From: Candidatus Enterousia sp.
Lineage (GTDB): Bacteria; Pseudomonadota; Alphaproteobacteria; Rs-D84
Length of the DNA stretch: 63,883 nt
Assembly: GCA_045586565.1 (NCBI GenBank)
Contig: JAZNAO010000023.1
Location: 1 to 63,883, forward strand
Direction: 5' to 3'
In this document: piece by piece, positions 42,754-52,509 of the stretch
Layout: every line of letters starts with the position of its first letter
Numbering within the stretch: the stretch's first letter is position 1
Position numbers and translations under genes: made by a program
Notes under the pieces: model-generated
Database searches by the model: none
Told to the model about the DNA's origin: nothing
What the model saw: the letters and a program-made list of their open reading frames with translations, nothing else

Positions 42754-43995
42754 TTACTTGCACACGGCGACAAATGGTGGGCGGGATTTTGATGAGTCTA
42801 TTTCATGTTCACCACAATCCAAACAATTAAACTTTCTGTTTTGTGAATGTGATTTATCTATTGGAACCGCGATATCTGTCAAATCTGTGACATTGGATAT
42901 GTATGTGTAATTTGGAAATCCAAAATAAAACGCGCGCGTTGGGCCACTGCATTCACTGATTACACCGGGATAACACTTTGGGTCGGTCAGCTTTGTTGCG
43001 TCCGGAACACAATAAGAAACGCATGTTTCTGAATCCGTAATCATTCGTTCACAATCGGTACATGATGTTTGTGTGACACGCAATGTAGTTCCCAATGCCC
43101 CATAAACCATACCGCCAACAATATGGGAACATTTTTTTGTTGTTTTATCTTTGGTCGGGTCAACAACACATTCCCATTCCAATGTATTATAGTTCAAACG
43201 TGCAATCATATCGTTTGGGCATTGTTTTTCTGGGAATGGACTGATACATTCCCAAACATTGTCCACCATAACAGCGGTTTGGGTATCTGCGCACAGTGGC
43301 TTTCGTGATTCATCCGGGACACATTCATACAAATCAGAATCCCAAATCATATCACCACCACAGTCCGTCTTAACGTTATATGGAATGCATTGCCACCGCC
43401 CGAATCGATATGTCTTGGCGGTTCCCACCGGACACTGCACATCTGCCACAGGCGCAGTGGCAAATTGTTTACCGACATCTGGGATTTCATATTGCGTAAA
43501 GTATACCAATTGCCCATCTGTAATAGACATATCTTTTATTATCGCATCTGGGACAATTCGTTTTGAAGAGGTTCCGCCCGACATAATTTTACCATCTTGA
43601 ATCAATCCGAACGTTCCAGATTCTGAATAATACGTTTCCAGTATTTCCATCATCGCATTATAATTTTCCATATCCATTGGTGCAGATGCGGTTACAATGT
43701 AACTGTATGCGGGCTTTTTCCCGTTGGCGATGTCGCAACTGGTGACTTTAAAACGTGTATCCAGACATACAAATTTACTAACCAGACCATTTTGTTCAAT
43801 ACATACATCAATAAATTCTGTACCATTGATTTGTGCATTATGTAATGCCGTCGCACATTGTGCAATGGTGCGCAAATCAGACTGGGTAACGGCGTATTCT
43901 GTATCATGTTGGGCGACGCGTTGACTGGGGCTGTCCATCATATAGAATCCCGCCATAAACAACGCAACCAATATCATTATAAAAATATTCATCAT
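42754..43995 (-). CDS. cysteine-rich membrane-anchored/secreted protein (413 aa)
   Basis: N-terminal hydrophobic helix. The C-terminal half has recurring W(Q/E)C(I/V) and YECVPD / SYCVPD units. Confidence 0.6.
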   Translation of the reverse strand: MMNIFIMILVALFMAGFYMMDSPSQRVAQHDTEYAVTQSDLRTIAQCATALHNAQINGTEFIDVCIEQNGLVSKFVCLDTRFKVTSCDIANGKKPAYSYIVTASAPMDMENYNAMMEILETYYSESGTFGLIQDGKIMSGGTSSKRIVPDAIIKDMSITDGQLVYFTQYEIPDVGKQFATAPVADVQCPVGTAKTYRFGRWQCIPYNVKTDCGGDMIWDSDLYECVPDESRKPLCADTQTAVMVDNVWECISPFPEKQCPNDMIARLNYNTLEWECVVDPTKDKTTKKCSHIVGGMVYGALGTTLRVTQTSCTDCERMITDSETCVSYCVPDATKLTDPKCYPGVISECSGPTRAFYFGFPNYTYISNVTDLTDIAVPIDKSHSQNRKFNCLDCGEHEIDSSKSRPPFVAVCK

Positions 43996-44064
43996 TCCCC
44001 CTTGCGATTTATAAAAAGTCTAGGTAATATAGAGATAAATTGCAACAGGAAATCGGATATTGTA

Positions 44065-44550
44065 ATGAAAAAAATTTTTTTGATATTTTTATTGTTGATA
44101 ACATCGGCCTGTGGATTTAAGCCAATGTTCACTGGCCAGGATATGGACATCTATGTCCCACCAATCAGTGGTATCAACGGTATAGATTTGCGTAATGCAC
44201 TGTGGGCAGAATTCGGCGGTCAGCATGAACCAGGGGCAACGTATACGTTGACTGTTACACTGCGTCCCCCCCAGACCCAATACAAAGCAATTGATAGAAC
44301 TGGCGCCGCCACATGGCAAGAAATATCAATGACCGCAAATTATGTGCTGTCGCGTGGCAACCAGGTTATTGCCAATGGCACAGAAAAAACTGCCGAATCG
44401 TATACTTTGGTTGGTTATTTGGTTGCGTCCAATGCGTCTTATAATAATGCTGTGCAAAATGCTGTGCGTGTTTTGGCAGATAAAATCAGTGCGCGTGTTA
44501 TTGCAGAAACACATCGTGATTCAACAACGGATATAAAATCTAAAAAATAA
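44065..44550 (+). CDS. lptE: LPS-assembly lipoprotein LptE
   Basis: Lipobox ITSACGFKP. Size and position immediately upstream of holA match the conserved lptE-holA pair. Confidence 0.7.
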   Translation: MKKIFLIFLLLITSACGFKPMFTGQDMDIYVPPISGINGIDLRNALWAEFGGQHEPGATYTLTVTLRPPQTQYKAIDRTGAATWQEISMTANYVLSRGNQVIANGTEKTAESYTLVGYLVASNASYNNAVQNAVRVLADKISARVIAETHRDSTTDIKSKK

Positions 44551-45539
44551 TGAAATGGAAAGACGCAGATTTTAAGTCAGGTATCAGCAACATTCGTGCC
44601 GTTCTAATTTATGGGCCCGATGCCGGTCAGGTTGATGAATATTGTGACCGCGCCATTGAAATATTGCAGATTGAAAAAGATAACTTGTTCGCGTTGGATT
44701 CAAATGAAATTTCTGAAAAGCAAGATGCCTTGTTCGCCGAAAGTTGCAGTCCATCAATGTTCGGTGGTAATAAAATGGTATTGATATCCAATGCTGGCGA
44801 TGCATGTGCCAAGCAAGTTACAGATTTGGTAAATCATCCGGGGCTTTGCGCCACAGTTATTGTTGCAGGTAATGATTTGCGTGCCGGTGGTGGTCTGCGT
44901 AGTTTATTCGAAGGTGCAGATAACCTGGCGGCGTTGCCGTGCTATACAGACGATGCGCGCACGTTGGCGACACTTATCCGTAACGAATTATCTGCATCTG
45001 CGGGAATTCAACAGATAACCCCCGATGCCATGGCGTATATGACAACACACCTTGGTGGCGATCGTGGGATTACACGTGGATTTTTGGCGAAAATTGCATT
45101 GTATGTTGATGACAAACGTATTGTTGAACTGTCTGATGTTGAAAAATGCTTGCCAGATACGGGCGCGGCAGATACCGATGATTTTTTATATTCTTTAACG
45201 GCCGGACATATTCAACAGACTATGATGGCACTGGACAGATTGTTGTATGATAACAAAGAACCGAATATGTTGATACGTATGCTGGATACGCATTTCAAAA
45301 AATTACAAACTGCGGTTGTTGATGGCCAGTTGCCACGCCTGTTTTGGAAGGTCGAAGATAAATTTAAACAGGCCATGCGCATATGGCCAGAATCAGAGAT
45401 AACGGCTGTGTTGATGCGTCTGAATGAATTAGAACGTCAGTTGCGTACAACAGGTATGCCGGGGGAAATCTTGTTGCGCGATTTCGCACTAAAATTGGCG
45501 GTTCGTGCTGCAAAATTAGCGATTAAACGAAGGAATTAA
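44550..45539 (+). CDS. holA: DNA polymerase III delta subunit
   Basis: 329 aa. The N-terminal pattern (LIYGPD..) and synteny after lptE support the call. Confidence 0.75.
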   Translation: MKWKDADFKSGISNIRAVLIYGPDAGQVDEYCDRAIEILQIEKDNLFALDSNEISEKQDALFAESCSPSMFGGNKMVLISNAGDACAKQVTDLVNHPGLCATVIVAGNDLRAGGGLRSLFEGADNLAALPCYTDDARTLATLIRNELSASAGIQQITPDAMAYMTTHLGGDRGITRGFLAKIALYVDDKRIVELSDVEKCLPDTGAADTDDFLYSLTAGHIQQTMMALDRLLYDNKEPNMLIRMLDTHFKKLQTAVVDGQLPRLFWKVEDKFKQAMRIWPESEITAVLMRLNELERQLRTTGMPGEILLRDFALKLAVRAAKLAIKRRN

Positions 45540-45540
45540 A

Positions 45541-46302
45541 ATGTTGGCATCTGTTTATGCACCCAAAGATTTTAAACGCCTGCGTGCGGCAGGCGACATT
45601 GTTGCACGTTGTTTTGATTTCATTTCACCGTATATCAAGGCCGGTATTTCAACAGGCGAAATTGATCGTATGGTTGCACAATTTTTAAAAGAAAATGGTG
45701 CGCGTTCATCTGATTTGGGTTATCATGGATATCCAAAGCATATATGCACATCTGTAAATGATGTTATTGTGCACGGCATCCCCAGTGACGATGTTATTTT
45801 AAAAGATGGCGATATCGTAAATGTTGATTTAACGGCTGAATACAAGGGATTTCATGGTGATGCGTCGCGCATGTACATGATTGGTAATGTTACCCCCCAG
45901 GCACGAAAATTGGTCCAGGTATGTCAAGATGCATTAAATGCGGCAATTGCGGTATGTGCGCCGGGTGTTCCGTTATCTGAAATTGGCAAGACGATTGAAT
46001 CCGTGGTTTTGCCACATGGATTTTCAATATCCCATGAATTTGTTGGTCACGGCATTGGCAAGGTTATGCATGATGAACCACAAATATACCATTTTTATGA
46101 TAAAATGTGGGATAAGGTAAAAATGGTTCCTGGGTTGGTGTTTACGATTGAACCAATGATAAACACCGGGGCGGCAGAATCGAAAATTGATGCAGACGGT
46201 TGGACGGCACGCACAATTGATGGGGGACTGTCTGCCCAGTGGGAACACACTATTGGAATTACCGAAGACGGGGCGATTATTTTTACGGAAAAAATGATAT
46301 AA
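45541..46302 (+). CDS. map: type I methionine aminopeptidase
   Basis: VHGIP, DVDL/GFHGDASRM, HEFVGHGIG, FTIEPM and QWEHT metal-ligand motifs. Confidence 0.93.
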   Translation: MLASVYAPKDFKRLRAAGDIVARCFDFISPYIKAGISTGEIDRMVAQFLKENGARSSDLGYHGYPKHICTSVNDVIVHGIPSDDVILKDGDIVNVDLTAEYKGFHGDASRMYMIGNVTPQARKLVQVCQDALNAAIAVCAPGVPLSEIGKTIESVVLPHGFSISHEFVGHGIGKVMHDEPQIYHFYDKMWDKVKMVPGLVFTIEPMINTGAAESKIDADGWTARTIDGGLSAQWEHTIGITEDGAIIFTEKMI

Positions 46303-46306
46303 GATT

Positions 46307-47011
46307 ATGTCAAATACTGATTCAATGTTTCGCGCGGGTCATCGCGAACGTTTAAAGCAGAAACTGGCGGATGACAAACTAACAAGTTGTGAAAAACTTG
46401 AATTGTTGTTGACATACGCGATTCCGCGTCGTGATGTAAAACCAATTGCGTATGCATTATTAAATCGTTTTGGCAGTGTTCATCGTGTTCTGCATGCATC
46501 AATGGCAGAACTGGAATTGGTCCCAGGTGTTGGACATTGCACGGCCTTGTTGATACATTTGGTTCATGAAATGATAAATCTTTCTTTTTTAGAACGTCTG
46601 AAAGATGGCAATGTCTTGCAACAAGAACACGTTATCGAAGGATACTGCAGAAATGCACTGATTGGCAAAGACGTCGAAGAAATGCATGTTCTGTATTTGA
46701 ATCATGATTATCGTTTGATTGTCGATGAATTGCATAACCGTGGCACGATAAATGAAGCCAATGCATATCCACGTGAAATTGCGAAACGCGCAACTGTGGT
46801 AAATGCCAAGGCAGTAATCTTGATGCATAATCATCCGATGTCTAATAATTCATTTTCGGATACCGATGTTGAATTTACACAGAATGTAAAACAAGAACTG
46901 GAAAATATGGGCGTCCAATTTGTCGATCATTATGTTGTTGCAGCAAATGGTGTTGTTCATTCAATGCAAAACGAATGTTTGTTACGTCAATCATCATTTG
47001 TGATTGAATAA
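46307..47011 (+). CDS. radC: RadC-like JAB domain protein
   Basis: N-terminal HhH-like region (ELELVPGVG) and the JAMM motif MHNHPMSNNSFSDTD. Confidence 0.85.
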   Translation: MSNTDSMFRAGHRERLKQKLADDKLTSCEKLELLLTYAIPRRDVKPIAYALLNRFGSVHRVLHASMAELELVPGVGHCTALLIHLVHEMINLSFLERLKDGNVLQQEHVIEGYCRNALIGKDVEEMHVLYLNHDYRLIVDELHNRGTINEANAYPREIAKRATVVNAKAVILMHNHPMSNNSFSDTDVEFTQNVKQELENMGVQFVDHYVVAANGVVHSMQNECLLRQSSFVIE

Positions 47012-47611
47012 TTCGGTTACATCGCACACTGTGCGTAATGTTTCTGATTTTTTCAGAACCAATCTATCGTTTTTTATTTCATAAAGGGTGCGTGTTGCCA
47101 TACTGGGGGTGTTCCAAGAATCAACCCATGGACGTGATATTTTGATGATTTGAAAATCAGGGTGAAATACGAATTGTATTTTTTGTAATGCGCAATCTGC
47201 ACCATTGACTGTTCTGAAATCAGACGGTGTTATATCAACATATTGGCCATTTTGGACGATTTGAATATTGTATTCATCCCATGCATGCCCTGTCCCATTT
47301 TCATAATGTGTCCGAATAATCTTGTCGGTAAAGTTGTCTTGATTTACGTCTGTATAAAATATTTCCTGTTCGGATATGCCATTACCCGTTTCATCCAACG
47401 TGCCGTGCGCCACCTGGTGTGGGTTGTGCAAACCATCTGAAAACATGTCCCCAGATGTATGTTGTGACACACTGGGGGTTTGTGTGCCACGTGCCGTTTC
47501 TATATTGGATGGATTACGGGTGGGAACCAGTGTATAAATCATAACACCGACAATAATCAGTATCAAAACTATACCCCATGTCAAAGATATTCCGCCACGT
47601 TTATTTTCCAT
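46994..47611 (-). CDS. membrane-anchored hypothetical protein (205 aa)
   Basis: An N-terminal TM followed by an extracytoplasmic domain. Last gene of a three-gene minus-strand operon. Confidence 0.5.
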   Translation of the reverse strand: MENKRGGISLTWGIVLILIIVGVMIYTLVPTRNPSNIETARGTQTPSVSQHTSGDMFSDGLHNPHQVAHGTLDETGNGISEQEIFYTDVNQDNFTDKIIRTHYENGTGHAWDEYNIQIVQNGQYVDITPSDFRTVNGADCALQKIQFVFHPDFQIIKISRPWVDSWNTPSMATRTLYEIKNDRLVLKKSETLRTVCDVTELFNHK

Positions 47612-47614
47612 TGT

Positions 47615-48589
47615 TTAAATCCTTTGTATTTGTCCCGGCGTCCAGCCTTCGATTGTCCGTATGGCACGTGCGACCTGGCTTAATTCTGTCGCACTTAGCC
47701 CTGCCATAGGTTTATCAATGGACAACCCCGTCAGTTTTTCCAGCCTGCTATGATATGCCGCTGTATCATTTTCAAACGGTGGCGCATATCGCGAAATTGC
47801 ATCCCTGATTGTCAGTTTATTATAACTGTCGGTGCGCAATAAAGCCTCGATTGCGTACATACCGGTCGCTTCGTCTGGGAATACAGCGAATCCGCCGGCC
47901 TGACCAATTGCGCCAACACGACGTGAAAATTCAGAATATCTGATATTGCCTGGATTCGAATTACGCCATGCGCGTGTTCCGCCTGTTTTTTTTATACGTT
48001 GCCCGTCTGGCAAACTATAAATGACATCACGACCGTCCGCCGTGGCAGACACAGGCACATCTGCAATATTTATTGGTGTTTCATAAACATCCCCTGAATC
48101 TGCCAATTGTGTGTCGTCGTTGACCCCCGGCGTGGAATAAGACGCATCTGTCGCACCAGAATCATAAATATTGATATTTTCAAAGATGTCAAATTCACTA
48201 AAATCTGATAATTTTTCTTGGCGTAATTTAATCAATTCATTTATTTCTGATACAGGAATATTGATTATATCGCACCCACGTGCAAACAAATCGCCACCAT
48301 ATATAAAATTGACCAATGTCGGCACCAGTGTCATACCGAGAAATAAAAACGTTAAATTGCGCAGATTGGTAAATAAATTATCATATTTTGCACCACGTAT
48401 CAGTGATATTGCCCACCCCGTCAGCAGAAATGCCGTTATCGCCGCCATTGCCACCCATGCATAATCCAGAAACGTTTCAAAACTGCGTATAACACACGAC
48501 GGATCTTCCATATAGACAAATTCGGAATCCATACTGACACGATGAAATCCCGAATTGTTTAGTAATCTAAGAATCGTTTCTGTATTCAT
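47615..48589 (-). CDS. membrane protein with conserved C-terminal WRNSNPGN domain
   Basis: Two N-terminal TM segments. The C-terminal GTRAWRNSNPGNIRYS...GFAVFPDEATG...ISRYAPPFENDT block is one I recall from phage/secretion-associated proteins of unknown function. Confidence 0.5.
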   Translation of the reverse strand: MNTETILRLLNNSGFHRVSMDSEFVYMEDPSCVIRSFETFLDYAWVAMAAITAFLLTGWAISLIRGAKYDNLFTNLRNLTFLFLGMTLVPTLVNFIYGGDLFARGCDIINIPVSEINELIKLRQEKLSDFSEFDIFENINIYDSGATDASYSTPGVNDDTQLADSGDVYETPINIADVPVSATADGRDVIYSLPDGQRIKKTGGTRAWRNSNPGNIRYSEFSRRVGAIGQAGGFAVFPDEATGMYAIEALLRTDSYNKLTIRDAISRYAPPFENDTAAYHSRLEKLTGLSIDKPMAGLSATELSQVARAIRTIEGWTPGQIQRI

Positions 48590-48598
48590 AAATCGTCA

Positions 48599-49591
48599 TT
48601 ATGACCCTTGCTTGCGTGCCTGTGTAAAGAACTCAGGAATCGAAAAATCGTCATCATTTGCGGCAACGCCGGCCCATCCAAACAAATCGCCCATCAAACT
48701 GGAATCATCACGTTTTGCCTTTTTAAATGGCAATATGTTTTTCAGTTTGCCAATTTTTCCGTGTGATTCTGCCTTTGGTGATGCCACGATTTTATCTTGA
48801 TTTTCTGCAAATTCAGACGCCAATTGTGCCAATGTTGCATCAGTATCTGATTCTGCAAAGTTTTCATCTGTGTTCCATTCATCATTCATATCGGGTTGTT
48901 GTGCATGTGTCGCGATATCTTCACGCAGTGGCGTCATACTTTCCAATAATTGTTCCAGTGTTTTTTCAACGGGGGCAACAGGCGCATCATCTTCAATCAT
49001 ATCGCCAATAGTAATTTTTTCGACATCTTTATCATCGTCGGCCACCGGTGCGACCAGTTCTGTATCTATTTTAATATCTGAAATAACAACTGTTTCTGTT
49101 GGTTGTTCTGCCGATGTATCAACAGTGGGTGTTGTTTCAATTTCTGCTGTGGGAATCGTATTTTCTGGGTCTGTTATTTCTGGGACATCGTCAGATTTCT
49201 TTGATGCCAACACAGATAAAATAGGAATAACTGTATCTGAATTTATTTCCGTTGTTTCTTTGTCGACGACATCTGCAACGTCCACATGTTCTGATGGGAT
49301 TGTCGTATCCTGTATAATTTCTGTATTATCATATATTATGGATTCTGGTTCTGGGGATTCTTTGGGTAAATCTGGGGTGATTTCGGTTGGCTGTTGGATA
49401 TCACATACTGTTTGTTCTGTATCTGTTGTTGTGATGTTTTCTGACAATGCGCTGTCGCAATCCACAGGCACGCCAAACAACACGGTTTGTTCGTCCAACC
49501 CCAGTACATTGCGCACTTCATCAAACGCCGCACGAATTTGTTTAATTTCAAATGTTTCGCCACCAGAAATATAAATGATTTTAGTTTTCAT
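48599..49591 (-). CDS. highly acidic Thr/Glu/Asp/Pro-rich protein (330 aa)
   Basis: Small N-terminal folded module (KIIYISGGETFEIKQIRAAFDEV) followed by a long acidic low-complexity region. Confidence 0.5.
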   Translation of the reverse strand: MKTKIIYISGGETFEIKQIRAAFDEVRNVLGLDEQTVLFGVPVDCDSALSENITTTDTEQTVCDIQQPTEITPDLPKESPEPESIIYDNTEIIQDTTIPSEHVDVADVVDKETTEINSDTVIPILSVLASKKSDDVPEITDPENTIPTAEIETTPTVDTSAEQPTETVVISDIKIDTELVAPVADDDKDVEKITIGDMIEDDAPVAPVEKTLEQLLESMTPLREDIATHAQQPDMNDEWNTDENFAESDTDATLAQLASEFAENQDKIVASPKAESHGKIGKLKNILPFKKAKRDDSSLMGDLFGWAGVAANDDDFSIPEFFTQARKQGS

Positions 49592-49675
49592 ATAAATGTC
49601 TCCCCACAAAATACTAAATACATTATATCACATTTTAAGGTTGAACGCATATAAAAAATATCTTAAAGTGCAATT

Positions 49676-49891
49676 ATGCCAGATATAAAACAACAAATTT
49701 TTCAAGAACTGTCTAATTTAGAAGATGCGGCGGCTAAATTGCGCGGCACGGCCATACATGCCGGCAAACAAACGGACTTAGAGGTTGCAATACTGACGGA
49801 ACAGGTTCGTTCACTGCGCGACAAAAATGAACGCGCATGTCAGATGATTGACAGGTCTTTGTCTATACTAAACAAATTAAAGAAAAGTTGA
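49676..49891 (+). CDS. small coiled-coil protein upstream of zapA (DUF4164-like)
   Basis: 71 aa coiled coil. Its position directly upstream of zapA is as seen in alphaproteobacteria. Confidence 0.5.
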   Translation: MPDIKQQIFQELSNLEDAAAKLRGTAIHAGKQTDLEVAILTEQVRSLRDKNERACQMIDRSLSILNKLKKS

Positions 49892-49895
49892 TGGG

Positions 49896-50174
49896 ATGAG
49901 TGTTGTTTCAATACCAATTGTGAATAAAAATTATCCGATGGGATGTGAAGACGGCCAAGAATCACGTCTGATTGAATTGGGACGTATGGTTGATGCGCGC
50001 GCACGTGAAATATTGGATAAAATTGGCCCTTTGCCCGAAAGTGCATTGTTGGCGACATTGTGCATTGTCCTTGCGGACGAGGTTCATAACCGCCCTACCC
50101 CCGTGGCAACCGATGCAGATTTAAAAGAAATACTGGCGCGCATTCGTGAAATCCGCCACAAAATTACACAATAA
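49896..50174 (+). CDS. zapA: cell division protein ZapA
   Basis: VSIPIVNKNYPMGCEDGQESRLIELGRMVD matches the ZapA pattern (v.I.g..Y...C..gee..l). Terminator at about 50195..50218. Confidence 0.65.
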   Translation: MSVVSIPIVNKNYPMGCEDGQESRLIELGRMVDARAREILDKIGPLPESALLATLCIVLADEVHNRPTPVATDADLKEILARIREIRHKITQ

Positions 50175-50215
50175 CGAATCGAAAAACAAAAAAAATCCCC
50201 ACGTTGGGGACTTTT

Positions 50216-50848
50216 TTATTTGTAGTAACAATTACCCACTACTTCGTAATAACCGCTGGCGTTTGACAGTGCGGTGCCATCTGGGACATAACAACTGGTG
50301 ATTGATGATGCCCCGCCAGAGATTGTCACAGTACCACACTGACCAACTCTGCAATATACACCGTCACCACTATACTGTTCAACATATAATGGTTCGCTGG
50401 ACGTGGAATATATCAACCCATCGGGTGTTTCAATGGATGGGCATCTGGTGCACGTGGTGCCGTTGCCATAATATCCGTATCCACATCTGGACACTGTTGA
50501 GTATACAGATGCGCATTCCCCAGTGGCAACAAGACACGCCCTATACTGCACAGAATATGAATTTACGTCTGTGGAATCATCATCGGTAACAACGTCGCTG
50601 GTCGTAACTTCAATTGCGCCACAATCGCTGGGTTTTGCGCATGTAACGGTCGGCAGAACAGGCAGAACGCCCCCAGAATATACACATTTACATACCTCGT
50701 TTGCACATCCTGCAACGGTGCTGCATTGTAATTCTTGGTTTGCCCCGCAGAATGACATACTTATACACTGGTTATCATATGTTACGGCAGATGATGCGCC
50801 TGTAATCATCATTGTTGTCAACCCCGCCAAAATCCCGATTTTTTTCAT
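50216..50848 (-). CDS. cysteine-rich secreted protein (210 aa)
   Basis: Signal peptide, about 20 Cys, a CGYGYYGNGTTCTRCP unit, and a C-terminal GASSITSCYVPDG...GYY...NC module shared with 55956..56759. Confidence 0.6.
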   Translation of the reverse strand: MKKIGILAGLTTMMITGASSAVTYDNQCISMSFCGANQELQCSTVAGCANEVCKCVYSGGVLPVLPTVTCAKPSDCGAIEVTTSDVVTDDDSTDVNSYSVQYRACLVATGECASVYSTVSRCGYGYYGNGTTCTRCPSIETPDGLIYSTSSEPLYVEQYSGDGVYCRVGQCGTVTISGGASSITSCYVPDGTALSNASGYYEVVGNCYYK

Positions 50849-50916
50849 TCCTTTATCCCCTGTATTCCATTTAATTTTAATAAATTATATGGCATTTGGT
50901 ATAAAAACACAAATGT

Positions 50917-51843
50917 TTATTTTTCAAATACACTGAATATTTCCCAATGATTACTGCCGACGAATTGATCAACTGGAATCAATTTTATTATTTTGTATCC
51001 GCCGCTTTCCAATATTTTTGCATCGCGCATAAATGTATTCGGATTACACGAAACATAAATAATGCGTTTAACATTGCTGTGAATTATTTCGCGACACTGT
51101 TCCATTGCACCGGCGCGTGGCGGATCCATTACGATACATTCGTATTGATTCAGCATTCCAACCGTCAATGGCTTTTTGAACAAATCGCGTTTGGCACCTG
51201 TGCCGACAATATCAAACCCATCTGCATTCAACGCAAATGTAAAATTTCCCAACCCACAGAACAAATCTGCCACACGTTTAAAACCGTGTGCATTGGCTGT
51301 CACCAGTTCACGTAACGCGTTTGCACCACATACAGTTGGCTGTAAAAATGCCCCAGACGGATATTCAATGACGTGTTCACCAAATGTAACAATTGGTTGT
51401 GCGCTTTGTTTTATAATTTTACCGTTCCATGTGATACGAATGACGGGCAGGTTTATCGCTGCGCTACGAAATTCGGGTGTGAAATACGGGACGTTTGATG
51501 TAATTGCGATATCAATACCATTATCGCACGCCGTTATCAAACATGCACCCGCACATTCCCACGGTAATTGTGCCACAATTGGTAAAATACTATTTATTTC
51601 GTGTGCCAATCCTGGACAATTATCAATCGAAATAATGTCTTTGGTTTGTTTTACAAAGAAACCAAATTTACCGGGCGCAAATGCAAAATCTGCCCGTCGC
51701 CGATTGCCCGCCGCCACCCATATCGGTGCATCTGTTATGGGCATATTCTTTAATTCAGTGATTTTTTGTGTGCGATAATCATCGGCACTAAAATCATATT
51801 TGCACCCACCGCATATGCCAAAGAACGGACATTTATTGGTCAT
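50917..51843 (-). CDS. RNA (uracil-5-)-methyltransferase, RlmD/TrmA family (no TRAM domain)
   Basis: N-terminal Cys cluster CPFFGICGGCKY, DLFCGLGNF SAM motif, DPPRAG, and a C-terminal catalytic region (YVSCNP). Confidence 0.8.
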   Translation of the reverse strand: MTNKCPFFGICGGCKYDFSADDYRTQKITELKNMPITDAPIWVAAGNRRRADFAFAPGKFGFFVKQTKDIISIDNCPGLAHEINSILPIVAQLPWECAGACLITACDNGIDIAITSNVPYFTPEFRSAAINLPVIRITWNGKIIKQSAQPIVTFGEHVIEYPSGAFLQPTVCGANALRELVTANAHGFKRVADLFCGLGNFTFALNADGFDIVGTGAKRDLFKKPLTVGMLNQYECIVMDPPRAGAMEQCREIIHSNVKRIIYVSCNPNTFMRDAKILESGGYKIIKLIPVDQFVGSNHWEIFSVFEK

Positions 51844-51850
51844 GTTTTTT

Positions 51851-52486
51851 TCAGAAACTGATACGCGCACCTGCGCGGAATTGATGCCCAGATGGATTAA
51901 AATCGTTTAAACCGTTGATGTCTGGATTGTTCATATAGATATACCGGTATCCAAAGTCCAATGCAAATATCGGATTAAATTCAATACCTATGCCGGCCAT
52001 CGCAGCAAATGTTGGGACGATTTTGTGTTCTAGGGAGACACCTGTATCTGTATCCATCCACGTTGCACCAACCCCAATTCCAACATATGGAACAATCATT
52101 TGGTTATACAGTATGTTGTAGATACCGTCGATACGTGCGTCAATAATTGCATTTATCATTGCAGAATCTGATTGAATTGAAAACTGATTCCAACGTGCAT
52201 CTGTGTGTATATAGTTTGCCTCTATACGCCACACATCAGAAATACGCAGTCCCAAAAACGCATCAAATCCAGATGTATTCTTGCCACTGATGCTGATGCC
52301 GTTATCATCGGTATAATTTTGCCACATAGAAAAATCATATGCCCCGCCGATATAGAAACGATGTTCCGGCCCAGATAAACTGTCGCTGTCCGCCGACGAG
52401 CTTACATGTTGCGCCCTGTATGGGATTGCAGCATTTGCCATCATTGGCAAACAACATAACGCAGTTATCAGAATTTTTGCTTTCAT
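51851..52486 (-). CDS. small outer membrane beta-barrel protein (Omp25/OmpW-like size)
   Basis: Signal peptide ...MMANA and C-terminal RAGARISF beta-signal. Confidence 0.7.
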   Translation of the reverse strand: MKAKILITALCCLPMMANAAIPYRAQHVSSSADSDSLSGPEHRFYIGGAYDFSMWQNYTDDNGISISGKNTSGFDAFLGLRISDVWRIEANYIHTDARWNQFSIQSDSAMINAIIDARIDGIYNILYNQMIVPYVGIGVGATWMDTDTGVSLEHKIVPTFAAMAGIGIEFNPIFALDFGYRYIYMNNPDINGLNDFNPSGHQFRAGARISF

Positions 52487-52509
52487 TTATTTCCCCCGTA
52501 TCTGATGTT

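Noticed and set aside
50175-50216. Searched for 6S RNA (ssrS) downstream of zapA, where it often lies
   Set aside because: Only a 40-bp spacer with a simple terminator hairpin is present before the convergent Cys-rich gene. There is no room for a 6S RNA of about 180 nt.
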